A stretch of DNA of 64,000 bases, from the NCBI RefSeq assembly GCF_001194135.2, contig NC_068994.1:27328780-27392779 (forward strand). The letters are read 5' to 3'. The stretch's first letter is position 1. The number at the start of each line of letters is the position of its first letter. The position numbers and the translations under genes are program-made. A model generated the notes under the pieces. That model saw nothing but the letters and a program-made list of their open reading frames with translations, made no database searches and was not told the DNA's origin. Shown here piece by piece: positions 37,056 to 49,670 of the stretch. The stretch is from Octopus bimaculoides. Its lineage: Eukaryota.

Positions 37056-37204
37056 TGACCGCTGTTGAATTGATTCATCATTTTCCCTTTTGCCTACATT
37101 GAAAAAAGTGTGTTATTTTCTCAGAGTTTTTAAGGTAGTTGAAAAGACATTAGCATCTATTTCTAATTCAGTACATGGCAAGGCAATTGGCCGACCCCTC
37201 TTTA

Positions 37205-37585
37205 CTCTTTTACTCTATTACTTGTTTCATTCATTTGACTGCAGCCATGCTGGAGCACCACCTTTAGTCGAGCAAATCGACCCCGGGACTTATTCTTTGT
37301 AAGCCTAGTACTTATTCTATCGGTCTCTTTTGATGAACCGCTAAGTGATGGGGACATAAACACACCACCATCGGTTGTCAAGCAATGCTAGGGGGACAAA
37401 CACACACACTCACACACACACATATATATACCACGGGCTTCTTTCAGTTTCCATCTACCAATTCCACTCACAAGGCTTTGGTCAGCCCAAGGCTATAGTA
37501 GAAGACACCTGCCCAAGATGCCACGCTGTGGGACTGAACCCGGAACCATGTGGTTGGTAAGCAAGCTACTTTCCACACAGCCATT
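37205..37585 (-). mobile_element. Full-length tRNA-derived SINE
   Basis: Minus strand: GCAGGAATGGCTGTGTGG...GGTTCCGGGTTCAGTCCC (A/B-box-like), central (TA/TG)n, GATAGAATAAGTACTAGG...GCTCCAGCATGG body. Confidence 0.85.
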
Positions 37586-37635
37586 CCTGCGCCTTTCCTC
37601 CCTCATTATAATTATGTATATAATTATAGAATATT

Positions 37636-37673
<38 letters not shown>

Positions 37674-38121
37674 GAAGGTATGTACATATGTGCATGCATA
37701 CATACATGCGCACAAATGCACACACACATGCATACATGCATACATAGGTAGCACTCTGCCTAAATACTAATCTTGAGAAATTAGGCTTCTCAAAACCAGA
37801 AAGGAGAAAGCTTATTCAAAGACTACAGATCCAATCCATTACTGGAACTGGGAAAATATGTCAAACTTCCAAATGTTTATCATTTGAATATATATGTGCA
37901 TGTCTACATATGCAACAAATGCATGAGAATACATACATAAAGTAAAACATACAAATCTGCATGTATATATGCATACATACATACAAACAGACAAAAATAC
38001 TCTGTTGTTGATGTTGAAATTCCAACGAATTCTAGGTTAGAATGGATCTAGGTTAGAAACCAGCTCTTTGTCTATTGGCAAGAAAGCTTGAAATAAAACT
38101 GAACAATGACATACATACATA

Positions 38122-38182
<61 letters not shown>

Positions 38183-38529
38183 TCTTATCATTTTAATGTC
38201 TACTTTTCTATGCTTGTATGGATCAAACAAGAGTATGTTGAGGTGGAATTTTTTAGAGCTAGATGCTGTTTCTGCTGCGAGCTTCCACCTGCTTCCAAGG
38301 GCAGTAATATTCTCATACACCTGCCCACTGTAGAATGATACTGAAATGAATATTTTGTTTACAAATATCTTATCAAAACATGTCAAGAAATTTAGATATG
38401 GTTTTGTTGTGACCTGCAAACAACTGATATCATTAGCAAAGTCATTGTTTATAGTCAATGAGTAAAACATGTGTAGACATAAGGGAAATATAAAATCATT
38501 TAGACAAACACTAACAGACAAAAATATAT

Positions 38530-38890
38530 ATGACGATATTCTTTCAATTTCTCTCTACCAAATCTACTCACAACGCTTTTTTGGCATGATACTATCATAG
38601 AAGACACTTGCCCAAGGTGCCATACAATGGGATTGAAACAAAAACCACATGGAAACAAACTTCTTAACCACATAGCTATATCTGTGTCTATGTCATCATT
38701 AACATCATCATTGTTCAACATCTGTCTTCCATGCTAGCATGGGTTGGATGGTTTGACAGGAATTGACAAACCAGAGGACAGCACCAAGTCTAATGTCTGT
38801 TTTGGTGTGGTCTCTACAGCTGCATGCCTATCCCAAATGTAACCATTTTACAGAGTGTACTTGGTGCTTTTTACATGGCACCAGCTCAAG
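38530..38890 (-). mobile_element. SINE head (38530-38680) next to an RTE-type tail (38690-38890)
   Basis: GACACTTGCCCAAGGT...TTCTTAACCACA; CATCATTGTTCAACATC...CCATGCTAGCATGGG...TACAGCTG. Confidence 0.65.
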
Positions 38891-39454
38891 TGAGGTCACC
38901 AAATAACTCACAAGACACGACCCTTCTACTGGGGAAGGGGTTACTATTGAGGGAAGGGGTTACTATTGAGGGAGGTGGCTTTATGCTAGGTATGATTGAG
39001 AGATAGAAAAAGATATTTTGCAGTAGAGGAGATACATGGTTACCCTTTCATTCACAGATAAAATAATATCACCAAGGAAGTAAATTAAAGTGAATCTATA
39101 TCAGATATTAACATGTTAATACACTTACTAAAAAATGCCAGACAATATTATGTTCCATAGTTAATGTAAATATTAATTCCTAAAAATTAATTAAAAGACG
39201 TCTGAACTGAAAAAGTAAATTTTTCCTATAATGGAGGACACAACGCAAAAAAAGTAATAAACAGTATTGTATCAATATGGATTAACAAGACTATAAAATA
39301 TAAATTGAATTGCAGTAGTGGGACTATTAAAAAAATACAGAGATTAAATTTTAAATAGATAATGTTTATTTTAACTTAGGTAAACATGATTTTCACCAAA
39401 TAAAAGAAAAATATCAAAATTTTTCTTCATTGTGAAAATAAATGGATAAATAAC

Positions 39455-39463
39455 AACAACAGC

Positions 39464-39511
<48 letters not shown>

Positions 39512-39512
39512 T
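39455..39512. repeat. (AAT)n microsatellite
   Basis: Direct. Confidence 0.95.
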
Positions 39513-39879
39513 TAATTTAAGCACATGGCCAGCAATGGAAAGTGAAGTATATTAGATGATACTATCAACCCCAGTGGTAGACAAATACTGAGTTCTTTTC
39601 TAGTTCTTAAGAGTAATAAATTCTCATGTGACTCTTATTCCTACAGTGCATTTCCTACTCTGCACTACCCATCTCATCACTTTTCTTCCAACATCCACAA
39701 GTAAGCACAGCTCTAGAAATTTTGAAGATCATAGGACTTTAAGTCTATTCTGACCTATCCTCATCTTATGTCATTTCTCCTAACTTCTGCACTTGCAACA
39801 TATCCATATTGTGCTACAAAGGTTACAATGAGCCAAAGTTCAATGTCACTGCCAATACCTCTGATTTTCACCTTTGCAA

Positions 39880-40270
39880 GTGCAGGTATGTCTGTGTGAT
39901 TAAGAAGTTTAATTTCCAGCCACGTAGTTTTAGGTTCAGTCTCCGCATGCCAGCTTGGGCAAGTGTCTTCCACTATAGCCTTGGACAAGCCAAAGCCTTA
40001 TGAGCACATTCAGTTGATGGAAACTGAAAGAAGCCTGTCTTGTGTGTGTTTGTGTCTCCTTGTTTTGACATCACATCATGTTGTAAATGATAGTTATTCA
40101 TTTCCAGCATGTTGCAAAAAGATGCCTGACCATGGAGGAATATTACCTTGCTTGGAAACAGTTATGGGTTGGTGACAGGAAAGGTATCCAGCTGTAAAAA
40201 ATCTGCCTTAATAAAAACTGTCTGATCCATGCAAGCATGGAAAAGTGGTCATTAAAGTGATGATGCTGAT
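39880..40270 (+). mobile_element. tRNA-derived SINE with an RTE-type 3' tail
   Basis: Colinear with 10915-11270; ends CCAGCTGTAAAA...CATGCAAGCATGGAAAAGTGG...GATGATG. Confidence 0.75.
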
Positions 40271-40839
40271 CATCATCATATATTGTGGTGGCTTAAATTA
40301 CATATCATTGTCATTTCACCTTGTCCTCAGTCCTGAATACTATGCACTTATGTCAATATGAGTTTTCCCACTTGAGGGCAGAACACTGGTCCACACACTG
40401 GTCAAGGCCTTCCTCATCTACTCTATTAATGAGACAATGAAACCCCTTCTCAGTCTTTGTGAGGCAGAAGTATGTCACTTTTATAATACATCTTTACTAT
40501 TTTTTTTTACTAAATGTTATTTATGTCCTCAAAATTTGGTCTTTGCTTCCAAAAATGTTAACATTTATGTTTTTGTGTGAGTACTGTTGAGCATGATTAC
40601 TGTTGTAGTCCATTTGTACTCCAAATACTTAAATCAATATTATCTCTTATTTGTCTAAAGGTGCATTTTTCTCTATGTGTATCTTTTTGATTTGTATTAT
40701 TAACCTTCTTTTTTACTTGTTTACACCTTTTTTTAAAATTTACACTCAAATGTTGTTTTTGACAAATATTTAATTGGAGTTTATGTTGGTGCTGCCACCA
40801 TTCTAATACTCCATTACAAATGGCTAAGTAATGAAAATT

Positions 40840-42820
40840 AAACCACATGGATAAGGCATTCTTCAATGATCAAAAGGGCTGTAAACATTACTCACATATG
40901 TGTAAAGACCAGCTTTAATCAATAAAATGATTCTGGAGGACTGTTACAAACGATACAAAAATCTTTCCATTGCATGGATTAATTACAAAGAAGACTTGAC
41001 AGCCTTTCTCCTAGCTGGATTGTGAAATGCTTGGAAATATATAAAAATCTCTCCAGTTATTGGTAATTTTCTGTCAAATGGTAATGAAGTTTTGAAATTC
41101 AGAGGCAATCACTGTGAACGATAGTGATATTGACATGAAGTGCAGCATTTTTCAAGATGATATTCCATCACCATTACTCTTTTGCAGGGATTTCATTCCC
41201 TTAAATAAGCTGTTTGAATGACACAAGATATGGATATAGATTATATGACAGAAAATTAATAACCTCGTTTACATGGATGATGTAAAGTTTTTCTCAAAAG
41301 ATGATCAACAACTGGAATGTTTTTTACTTTAAAACAGTTCAGTGATGATAGTGAAATGGTGCTTTGGCCTTTAGAAATGTGCTAAATCCACCTTTTTAAA
41401 GGAAAACTCTTGAAATTATACAACATGCAGCTAGACAAGTCTATCATAATCAAGGAATTAGATCATGAAGAAAACTACAAATATTTAAGTGTATGTGAGG
41501 GGTTGGTATCCAGCACATATAAATGCATGAGAAAATAAGAAAAGAATGTATTGTACAGTTATAACTATCCTAAAAAGTGATTTTATTGTGGGGAAACAGG
41601 ATCAATGCCATCAATATCCTATACACAACAGGCATAACTTCCAGCTTTAACATCATTAAATGGTCTATCTGTAAGATCAGTAAAATGAATACAAAAATAT
41701 GCTAGTTTCACCCAAGGTACCTCATGCATCACCCAAAGGCAGATGTAGACATACTGTACATTCCATTAAAAGGATGGAGGATATGTAATGATGCAGCTTC
41801 ACCCAGCCATAAGGTTAGATACCTATCTAAAAAAGACAAATGACTGGATGCTTGAACTTGTCTGCAAGTATGAAAGTACTAAGAAACTACACTCAGTGTC
41901 AGAAGAAGCTAAGAAAGATATATAAAGGAATCCAAGATCACCAACACAGAAGTGCAATGAGATGAAATGGAACCTTCTGTGAAAGCAAAGTAAACAAAAG
42001 AAGCACAAGCCAAATAAGTTGGAATTTCAGAGCTGCATAATAGATGGAGAAGTGGCATGGTAAATTCCCTTCCAGGACCAGTGATCCTGATGTTGATAAA
42101 TATGACCCACCAGTGGCTGGCTGCATTTGAAGTTAAATCAGTCACAGAAGGCATCATTATAGCAGCTCAAGATTAGTGTCTGTCCACAAGAAATTATCAA
42201 ACCAATATTCTTAAAAATGGTACTGGTCCTACTTATCATTTTTGTGTTACAACTAGAGAAACAACTGACTACCTCATCTCTGGCAGTTCTGAAAGCCTGA
42301 AATCTCTGTTAACATCAAATGTGTATAAAAATCACCATGATAGACTAGGTCCATGTTTGCACAAGATCATATGATGTCAATGTGGGCTCTCATTTAAGAA
42401 GAACTAACGGGAACATAGATTTGTTAAAGTAGTAGAAATTAAAGGCATCATATTCTTTAGAACTTCAGTATTCAAACTGACTGAGTTATTAGGCCAATAG
42501 ACCAGATATTACAATGAAAAATCATGCTAATAAAACATGCTTGTTCATAAATATGTCAATCTCGTCAGACTGCAACACTTCTGTAAGAAAATTTGGATAG
42601 TTAAGTAAATACAAGGACCTTGAAAGAGAGGTCTCAAAAATATGACATCTAACAACAACAACAACTGTACCTATGGTCATCAGAGCTTTTGGGATTATAC
42701 CAAGTGGTGTTATTCATTACTATCAACAAATATCAGGAAACCTGAAAGTATCAAAACTTCAAAAATTTGTTGTCACAGATACTACCCACATCCGAAGACA
42801 AACACTGTCAACCTGAGAAT
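40840..42820 (+). mobile_element. Decayed R4/Dong-like LINE: RT C-terminal half and RLE region
   Basis: SIFQDDIPSPLLF, NLVYMDDVKFFSKDDQQLE, HGKFP, VTEGIIIAAQD*CLSTRNYQ, HDRLG, LEREVSK; many lesions. Confidence 0.75.
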
Positions 42821-43254
42821 GTCTGAATCTCTTAAATGCTTTCAAAATTATATATAGCACAACAAAGTTTTTAATGAAATCCTAATTCTCAGTATTTGTT
42901 CTTTCCTTGCAATTTTTCAATTGTTATTCATAAATAACAGCCTCAATAAAATGTCTAACTTGCTGTTAGCTGAGGTCTTTGGCTGAGTCTTGCTTGTACA
43001 AAACAAAGTAACACCAACAAAAATTAATAATAAGGAAATAAAGCAATTCTTATATTCTAATAAGTACACTTAGAAATGGAGATAGTATAATCTCTATAAA
43101 TAATAATGATGAATTTCAAGAACATTTATTCTGCAGAGTTTGAATTTAATAAAAGGAAATAACAGTCGTAATTTCATCATATTTTTCTTGTCATTGTCAG
43201 AAGATTCATAAATATATGTAACAAGAACAGTGATATCATCATGTTTTCCATAAA

Positions 43255-43620
43255 TGCGAAGGCATGACTGTGTGGTTAAAAGGCTCACTTTGCAACCACA
43301 TGGTATCAGGTTCAATCCCACTGCACAGGACCTTGGGCAAGTATCTTTTACCCAAGCTCTGGGTCAACTAATACTTTTCAAATGCATTTGTTAGATTGAA
43401 ACTATGTGGAAACTTGTTGTGGGTATGTGTGTCATTGTGTTTTATCCCAGCCAGTGTTGGTTTGTTTACATTCCTGTAACTTAGCATTGCAGCAAAAGAA
43501 ATTAATAGAATAGAGTTAAAATAAGTACTGGAGTTGATTTGTTCAACTAAACCCTTTAAGTTGGTGCCCCAGCATAACTGAAGTCCAATGACTGAAATAA
43601 GTAAAGAATAAAAGGTAAGT
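43255..43620 (+). mobile_element. tRNA-derived SINE
   Basis: GGCATGACTGTGTGGTTAA...GGTTCAATCCC...ACCTTGGGCAAGT head and AAATAAGTACTGG...GACTGAAATAAGTAAAAG end. Confidence 0.75.
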
Positions 43621-44478
43621 TAGATAGATGATCAGAGATGTGGGGAGAGCTTAGGTGATTAAATTGACTCAGTACTCAGGACTTGCACTTTTCTTATCAA
43701 ATCCAGAGAGAAGAGAGATACAGTTGACCTCAGCAAGATTTGAACAAGGCCATTTATTTGACAGCAACCCAAGTCTGCTAATCCACTTTACATACAGAGT
43801 ATGATAAGAGAAATATCAAGGAATACAACAAAAGAAGCTTAAACAGCAAGAAAGAGAAGCTAGATCCCCACTTCAGTTCAAGCCCTGTCATTTTAAAAAT
43901 GGATACAGAGGATAGAGTTGTTCTTAACACACTATATCAGAATAAATGACCACATGGGCATAGCTACATGCATTTTGATAACAGGTTTACGCCATCACGG
44001 GTAGCCTGGGTTAAACACAAGAATATATATTATCTCCAGAATTACTATGACTACAGATATCATAGAATATATTTTTCTATCTCTCTCTCCCAAACACACA
44101 CTCTCTCTCTATTTATGTATCTATCTGTCTATCGATCTATTCTTCTTTCCCTCCTTTTGTTATTGATATAGTGTTAGACCAAATTGGAAGATATCTTTTA
44201 TTTCATATTCATATTCATCTTGCATTCTTACAAATTTTCTTTCCTAATATATATGTATGCGTATGTATGTATGTGTATATATGTATGTATATATATATAT
44301 ATATGTATGCATATACAAGTGTGTGTGTATATATATATATATAAGGTTGAGGAGGGTATTGGATTTAACCAAACCCAGGAGGATACAGGTAATACCGAGT
44401 AAGTGCTGTATACCGATTAGTTTGCCCCAATCGTTGTATGAACAGGATTGGGTATTATAAGTCGTGTATTAGCGTGTG

Positions 44479-44692
44479 TATATGTAAATATATAAAAACA
44501 AAAGGATAAAGAGAGCAAAGGTAAGGTTGAAGAATTTTATGGATAGAGTCTTACAGCTGTTTCTGGGAAGATCCAGTACTTCCCTTCATCGGAGACAGAT
44601 CTTCCCAGAAACAGCTGTAAGACTCTATCCATAAAATTCTTCAACCTTACCTTTGCTCTCTTTATCCTTTTGTTTTTATATATTTACATATA
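44479..44692. repeat. Perfect 95-bp inverted repeat with a 24-bp spacer
   Basis: Arms 44479-44573 and 44598-44692. Confidence 0.92.
44548..44596 (-). ncRNA. Type I hammerhead motif with a U4C variant core
   Basis: Minus strand: GTCT-CCGATGA-aGGGAAG-tactggat-CTTCCCa-GAAA-CAGCTG-TA-AGAC; same stem III and cleavage site as 34573-34696. Confidence 0.7.
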
Positions 44693-44699
44693 TATATAT

Positions 44700-44935
44700 T
44701 CTTTTATTCTTTGATTCTTTTACTTGTTTCAGTCATTTGACTAGAGCCATGCTGGAGCATCACCTTACAGGGTTTTTTTAGTCAAAGAAATTGACCCCAG
44801 GACTTATTCTTTGTAAGCCTAGTACTTATTCTATCGGTTCTCTTTTGCCAAACTACTAAGATATGAGGACGTTAACACACCAACATTGGTTGTCAAGCAA
44901 TAGTGGGGGGACAACACAGACACACACATAAATGT
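44700..44935 (-). mobile_element. SINE 3' body
   Basis: CTTGTTTCAGTCATTTGAC...GCTGGAGCA...CTAGTACTTATTCTATCGG...GGTTGTCAAG. Confidence 0.75.
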
Positions 44936-44947
44936 GTGTATGTATAT

Positions 44948-45445
44948 ATCATCATTATCATTGTTGTTTAACGTCCACTTTCCATGCTGGCATGGATTGG
45001 ACGGTTTGACTGAGGACTGGTGAGCCAGAAGGCTGCACCAGGCTCCAATCTGATATGGCAAAGTTTCTACAGCTGGATGCCCTTCCTAACACCAACCACT
45101 CTGAGAGTGTAGTGGGTGCTTTAACATGGCACCAGCACGAGGGCCAGTCAGGCAGTACTGGCATCGACCATGCTCAAATGATGCTTTTTACATGCCACCT
45201 GCACAGGAACCAGTCAGGCAACGCTGGCAATGACCACACTCAAATGGTGCTTTTTATAAGCTACGGCACAAGAGCCAGTCAGGCGGCACCAGCAACGATC
45301 ATGCTTGAATGATGCTTTTAACGTTCCACTGGCATGGATACCAGTCAGGCGGTACTATCATCGGCCACAACAATGATCTCACTTGCCTCAACACGTCTTC
45401 GCAAGTGGAGATTATTGCCCAATGTTTGAAGGGTACTCTTAAATG
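44948..45445 (-). mobile_element. RTE LINE 3' UTR copy with about 4 minisatellite units
   Basis: Homologous to 59565-60150. Confidence 0.8.
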
Positions 45446-46199
45446 TGTGATAAGAAGCTTGCTTCCCAACCACATGGTTCTGGGTTCAGTTGCATAAACA
45501 GTACCTTGGACAAGTGTCTTCTACTATAGCTTCAAGCTGACCAAAGCTTTGTGAGTGGATATGGTAGATGGAAATTGAAAGAAGCCTATTGTTTATATAT
45601 ATAGACTTGACCACTAAATCCACAAGTTATTTTTTTATTCTCTCCCTATTTATTTTCTCTTATTCCTTTCTGTTAAAGAGCATAGGCTCAAAATGTAAAA
45701 GACTTTCTCCCTTTCCCAAGCATCAAACTAATATACCTTCTTGTTGCTCATACACCTGTTTTTGTCTTTTGTTTTTCTATAAATTTCAACTACACACACA
45801 CACACGCATATCTATATATATATATATATATNNNNNNNNNNNNNNNNNNNNNNNNNNNNNNNNNNNNNNNNNNNNNNNNNNNNNNNNNNNNNNNNNNNNN
45901 NNNNNNNNNNNNNNNNNNNNNNNNNNNNNNNNNNNNNNNNNNNNNNNNNNNNNNNNNNNNNNNNNNNNNNNNNNNNNNNNNNNNNNNNNNNNNNNNNNNN
46001 NNNNNNNNNNNNNNNNNNNNNNNNNNNNNNNNNNNNNNNNNNNNNNNNNNNNNNNNNNNNNNNNNNNNNNNNNNNNNNNNNNNNNNNNNNNNNNNNNNNN
46101 NNNNNNNNNNNNNNNNNNNNNNNNNNNNNNNNNNNNNNNNNNNNNNNNNNNNNNNNNNNNNNNNNNNNNNNNNNNNNNNNNNNNNNNNNNNNNNNNNNN

Positions 46200-46233
<34 letters not shown>

Positions 46234-46460
46234 TGTCTTTGTGTTTGTGCCCTGCCATCACTTGACAACTGGTGTGAGTGTGTTTATGTCCCTATAACTT
46301 AGTGGTTCAGCAGAAGAGACTGATAGAATAAGTAGCAGGCTAAACACAAAAAGAAAAGAAAATAAGTACTGGGGTCAATTCATTCAACTAAAAATTCTTC
46401 AAGGTGCTGCTCCAGTATGGCCGCAATCTAATGACTGAAACATGTAAAAAATAAAAGATA
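45446..46460 (+). mobile_element. tRNA-derived SINE; head and body flank a TA expansion and a gap
   Basis: Head 45446-45600; body CTTGACAAC...GATAGAATAAGT...GACTGAAAC at 46230-46460; whether they are one copy is inferred. Confidence 0.55.
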
Positions 46461-46996
46461 AAATATCTAACAATTAAAAGATATCTTTGATTACACCTCT
46501 AGTAGTGTCTAAAGAAGGGAACTATTCACTCATTGTATTGTAGTGTAAGTGGTTGAATATTCCACGGCGACATGTAGCTTCAACTCAATCCTGATCTACA
46601 GTCTGCATAACAATGTGTGAACTTTGAATTACAGTTCATTTGATAGACTTCCACACAGTTTCTGTCACCACAATTTTACCCATAGATTTCTGTTGATCCA
46701 ATGTCATATTGAAGTTAGTTATCCAAGGTGTCACAGAGCAAGATTGAATTGATTCTGAATTGAATAACTTAACCATTCAGCAATATCTACCACATATTAT
46801 GTGTACTCACTCATTCTCTCCCTCCCTCTCTCTCTCACTCACTCACTCACTCACCCACTTACTCATTCACTCACTCACTCTCTCTCTCTCTCTCTCTTTC
46901 ACACACACACATACATACAAAGGAATATATGTGTGTGTGTGTGTGTATGTTCTCATACATTTATATAAGGATAAACACATAAATAGATACCCCCCA

Positions 46997-47040
<44 letters not shown>

Positions 47041-47689
47041 TAAAGTTTATAAACACATGCAGATCATACAAATATAATACACTGTAAATATTATGCAGGT
47101 GATAATTTATTTATTAATTTAAGCATGTATAAATAGTTATTAAATTTGATAATTAAAAACATACTTTAAATTAAGGAAAATAATTTAACCAATTTTATTA
47201 TAAATAAATATTTTTGGAACTTGTTCATAAACTTTAACAAACATGCGCGCACACACACAAACACACACTCATACAAGGTTATACATACACACTCATGCAT
47301 ACACACTCATATCATATACACATATTCATGTAAGTATATACACACATAAACTTATATGCACTTTTTAAACACACACACACACACACACACAAATATAAGT
47401 AGACAGATACATATAAACGTATACCCATAACCAGAACTTGGCAAAACTAAAAACAATTTTGTTGTTGGACAACAACAAAATATTTTCAATGATTTTAATG
47501 ACAGAAAGGAAAAGAGGCCATTTAATATTGTGGAAATGTGAGATAGTGAAATGGCTGGGTAGAAGCTGATAACAAAAACAGCCTCAAATTGCTATTATTT
47601 CCAATGTCCCTTATTTTCATCTATGTAGGCCTACATTGCATCCATCATAATTTACTGCCTGACTGTTGTGCCCTGTCCCAATCCCAGTT

Positions 47690-48070
47690 TGGCTAGATTG
47701 GAGCTAGCTGACAAAATGTTCAGCAGCATTTCATTTGCCTTTACATTCTGTTTAAATTTCACTGAGATCAACAATGTTGTTCATCCTTTCAGGGGTCAAT
47801 GAAATAAGTACCAGTTGAATACTGCGGTTGATGTAATCAATTAGCCCCATTCTCTCAAATTTCAAACTTTGTGCCTATTATTAGCACATTGCACAAAATG
47901 CCTTGTGGTATTTCATCCAACTCTATGCTCTGGGTAGAAATCCTGCTGAGATCAACTTTGCCTTTAATCTTACTGCTGTTGATAAAATAAAGTACCAGTC
48001 ACGTACTGTGGTTGATGGTACTGACTAATTCCCTCCCTTTAAATTGCTGACATTGCACCTAAATTAGAAA
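47690..48070 (+). mobile_element. Two tandem Nin/Deu-like SINE copies
   Basis: Twice ...GAGATCAAC(TTTGC)...AATAAGTACCAGT...CAAAT...TTGTGCC/TTGCACC. Confidence 0.65.
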
Positions 48071-49274
48071 CCATTGTAATTATTGACTCGCATAACATCA
48101 ACAAGAATTTTTCTTCTCTTTCCTAGATATGACTTTATTTGAAGCCTTACCAAATAAACATTTTTTTTTCTAGAATATTTGCCAAAAGTTTTTAGTTTTT
48201 GGAGAACATTCAGCCTCTGATATCTGGAGTGTAAAAAAAGGAAAGTTTGCAATTTGTTTTTGCACATTTTATTTGCATACCCATTTGACCACATTTTAAT
48301 TCCAAAGTGTCTGACAAATACACTCACCAAATATAGCAAAATATTACAATGGCAAACATGATAAAAAAAAAAAACAGCATAATAAACAAATTGCACCAAA
48401 GAAAGAAAAAAAGAAAGAAAATAATGGGTTCCCTAGCTGGTTGCAGCTAAATTACTGAAATAGGTAGAAGGTAAATTAATAAAAGAAAGCTATTTGAAAC
48501 AGTCTAACAAATTATTTTGAAGATAGTGGATAATAGCAACAACACAAGCACAGAGGCAAACATTTTAAACCATTCATATAATAATTGTGCTTTAGCTAGC
48601 TTTGCCTCTGAAACCAGTTGTGGTAGATTCTTGCAAAGATCACCAAATGAATCTAGCATATAACCATAAAATTCAAATCAGGTGTTTTGTTTGTTGTGCA
48701 ATCACTCATTACCTCCCATAACTCAGTTGCTTCTATTGGCCTTTTTCAGTGCCTAACAGCTTCAGCTGATCATTATGGCAAACTGACAAAGTAGGTGCTT
48801 AATTCTCTGGCCTATCACTTGCTGTAAACTGTTGATCAAAGTGCTACTTGGAACACAATACATACTTGTTTGGAATCATTTGCTTGGACAGGTATAGTAG
48901 CATCTACCTGCCCTGCTCTATCAAAGACTTAAATGTGGCTTTCTTATCACATTGCACCACTACCACTTATGGCCATCAAATGGCTCTCATTCCCTATTGT
49001 TTTAGCACACAATCTCAAACTCATACTGAAGAAATGGTTTTGAGCCATTCTTACTGCTAGCATGTTGGCTGGATTTCCTTTTCTAATTGCCTCTAATTTA
49101 CAGAGATATAGTATAGTAAATAGAAGAATATAGTAAAATAAAAGAACACCATAAATAGTGGAGTGTGTAGTAAAGAAATGGGAATGGTAAGGAAAACAGT
49201 GGGTTGTTATAGTAAATGATGGGGGATGAGGAACAACACATAGAGGAGTGGAATTGTGAAGAAAATATATTTAT

Positions 49275-49670
49275 GGCACAACAATAGCAGTAACAGCACC
49301 AGCAACAACAACATCAGCATCACCATCAGCACCAGCATTACCAACAGCTTCCTTAACTTCCACAGTAACAGACCTGACAACCCCTATAGCAGCAGCAACA
49401 GGTCCAGTGCCACCACCAGCTATAGCAGCAGTGGCAGTGGCCCTAGCACAAACACCAGTGGAACCACAGCTAATGATACCTCTGGCAGCAATGGCAACTT
49501 TCCCAACAATGACAAGGACCACAATAATAACAACAGCGCCTTCATCATAACTGGCAGTGGTGATACCATTACCGATGCTACCACCACTTCCAGCAACGCC
49601 AACACCAGCAGTCCCAGCTCCAACAACAACAAAGTTGGTGGCAGCAGCAACAACAACAACACCTGGTACA
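49275..49670. repeat. Degenerate (CAR/CAC)n trinucleotide low-complexity tract
   Basis: Runs of CAGCAA, CACCAG and CAACAA give S/N/T-rich spurious frames. Confidence 0.85.

Larger units (their letters stand above)
36642..37200. mobile_element. Fold-back element: ~263-bp imperfect inverted arms with a 33-bp spacer, probably inverted Penelope-like pLTRs
   Basis: Arms 36642-36904 and 36938-37200 are reverse-complementary along their whole length; each carries a hammerhead motif. Confidence 0.85.

Noticed and set aside
37530-37585. tRNA genes at SINE heads
   Set aside because: Only A/B-box-like remnants with no complete cloverleaf, and they continue into SINE bodies.
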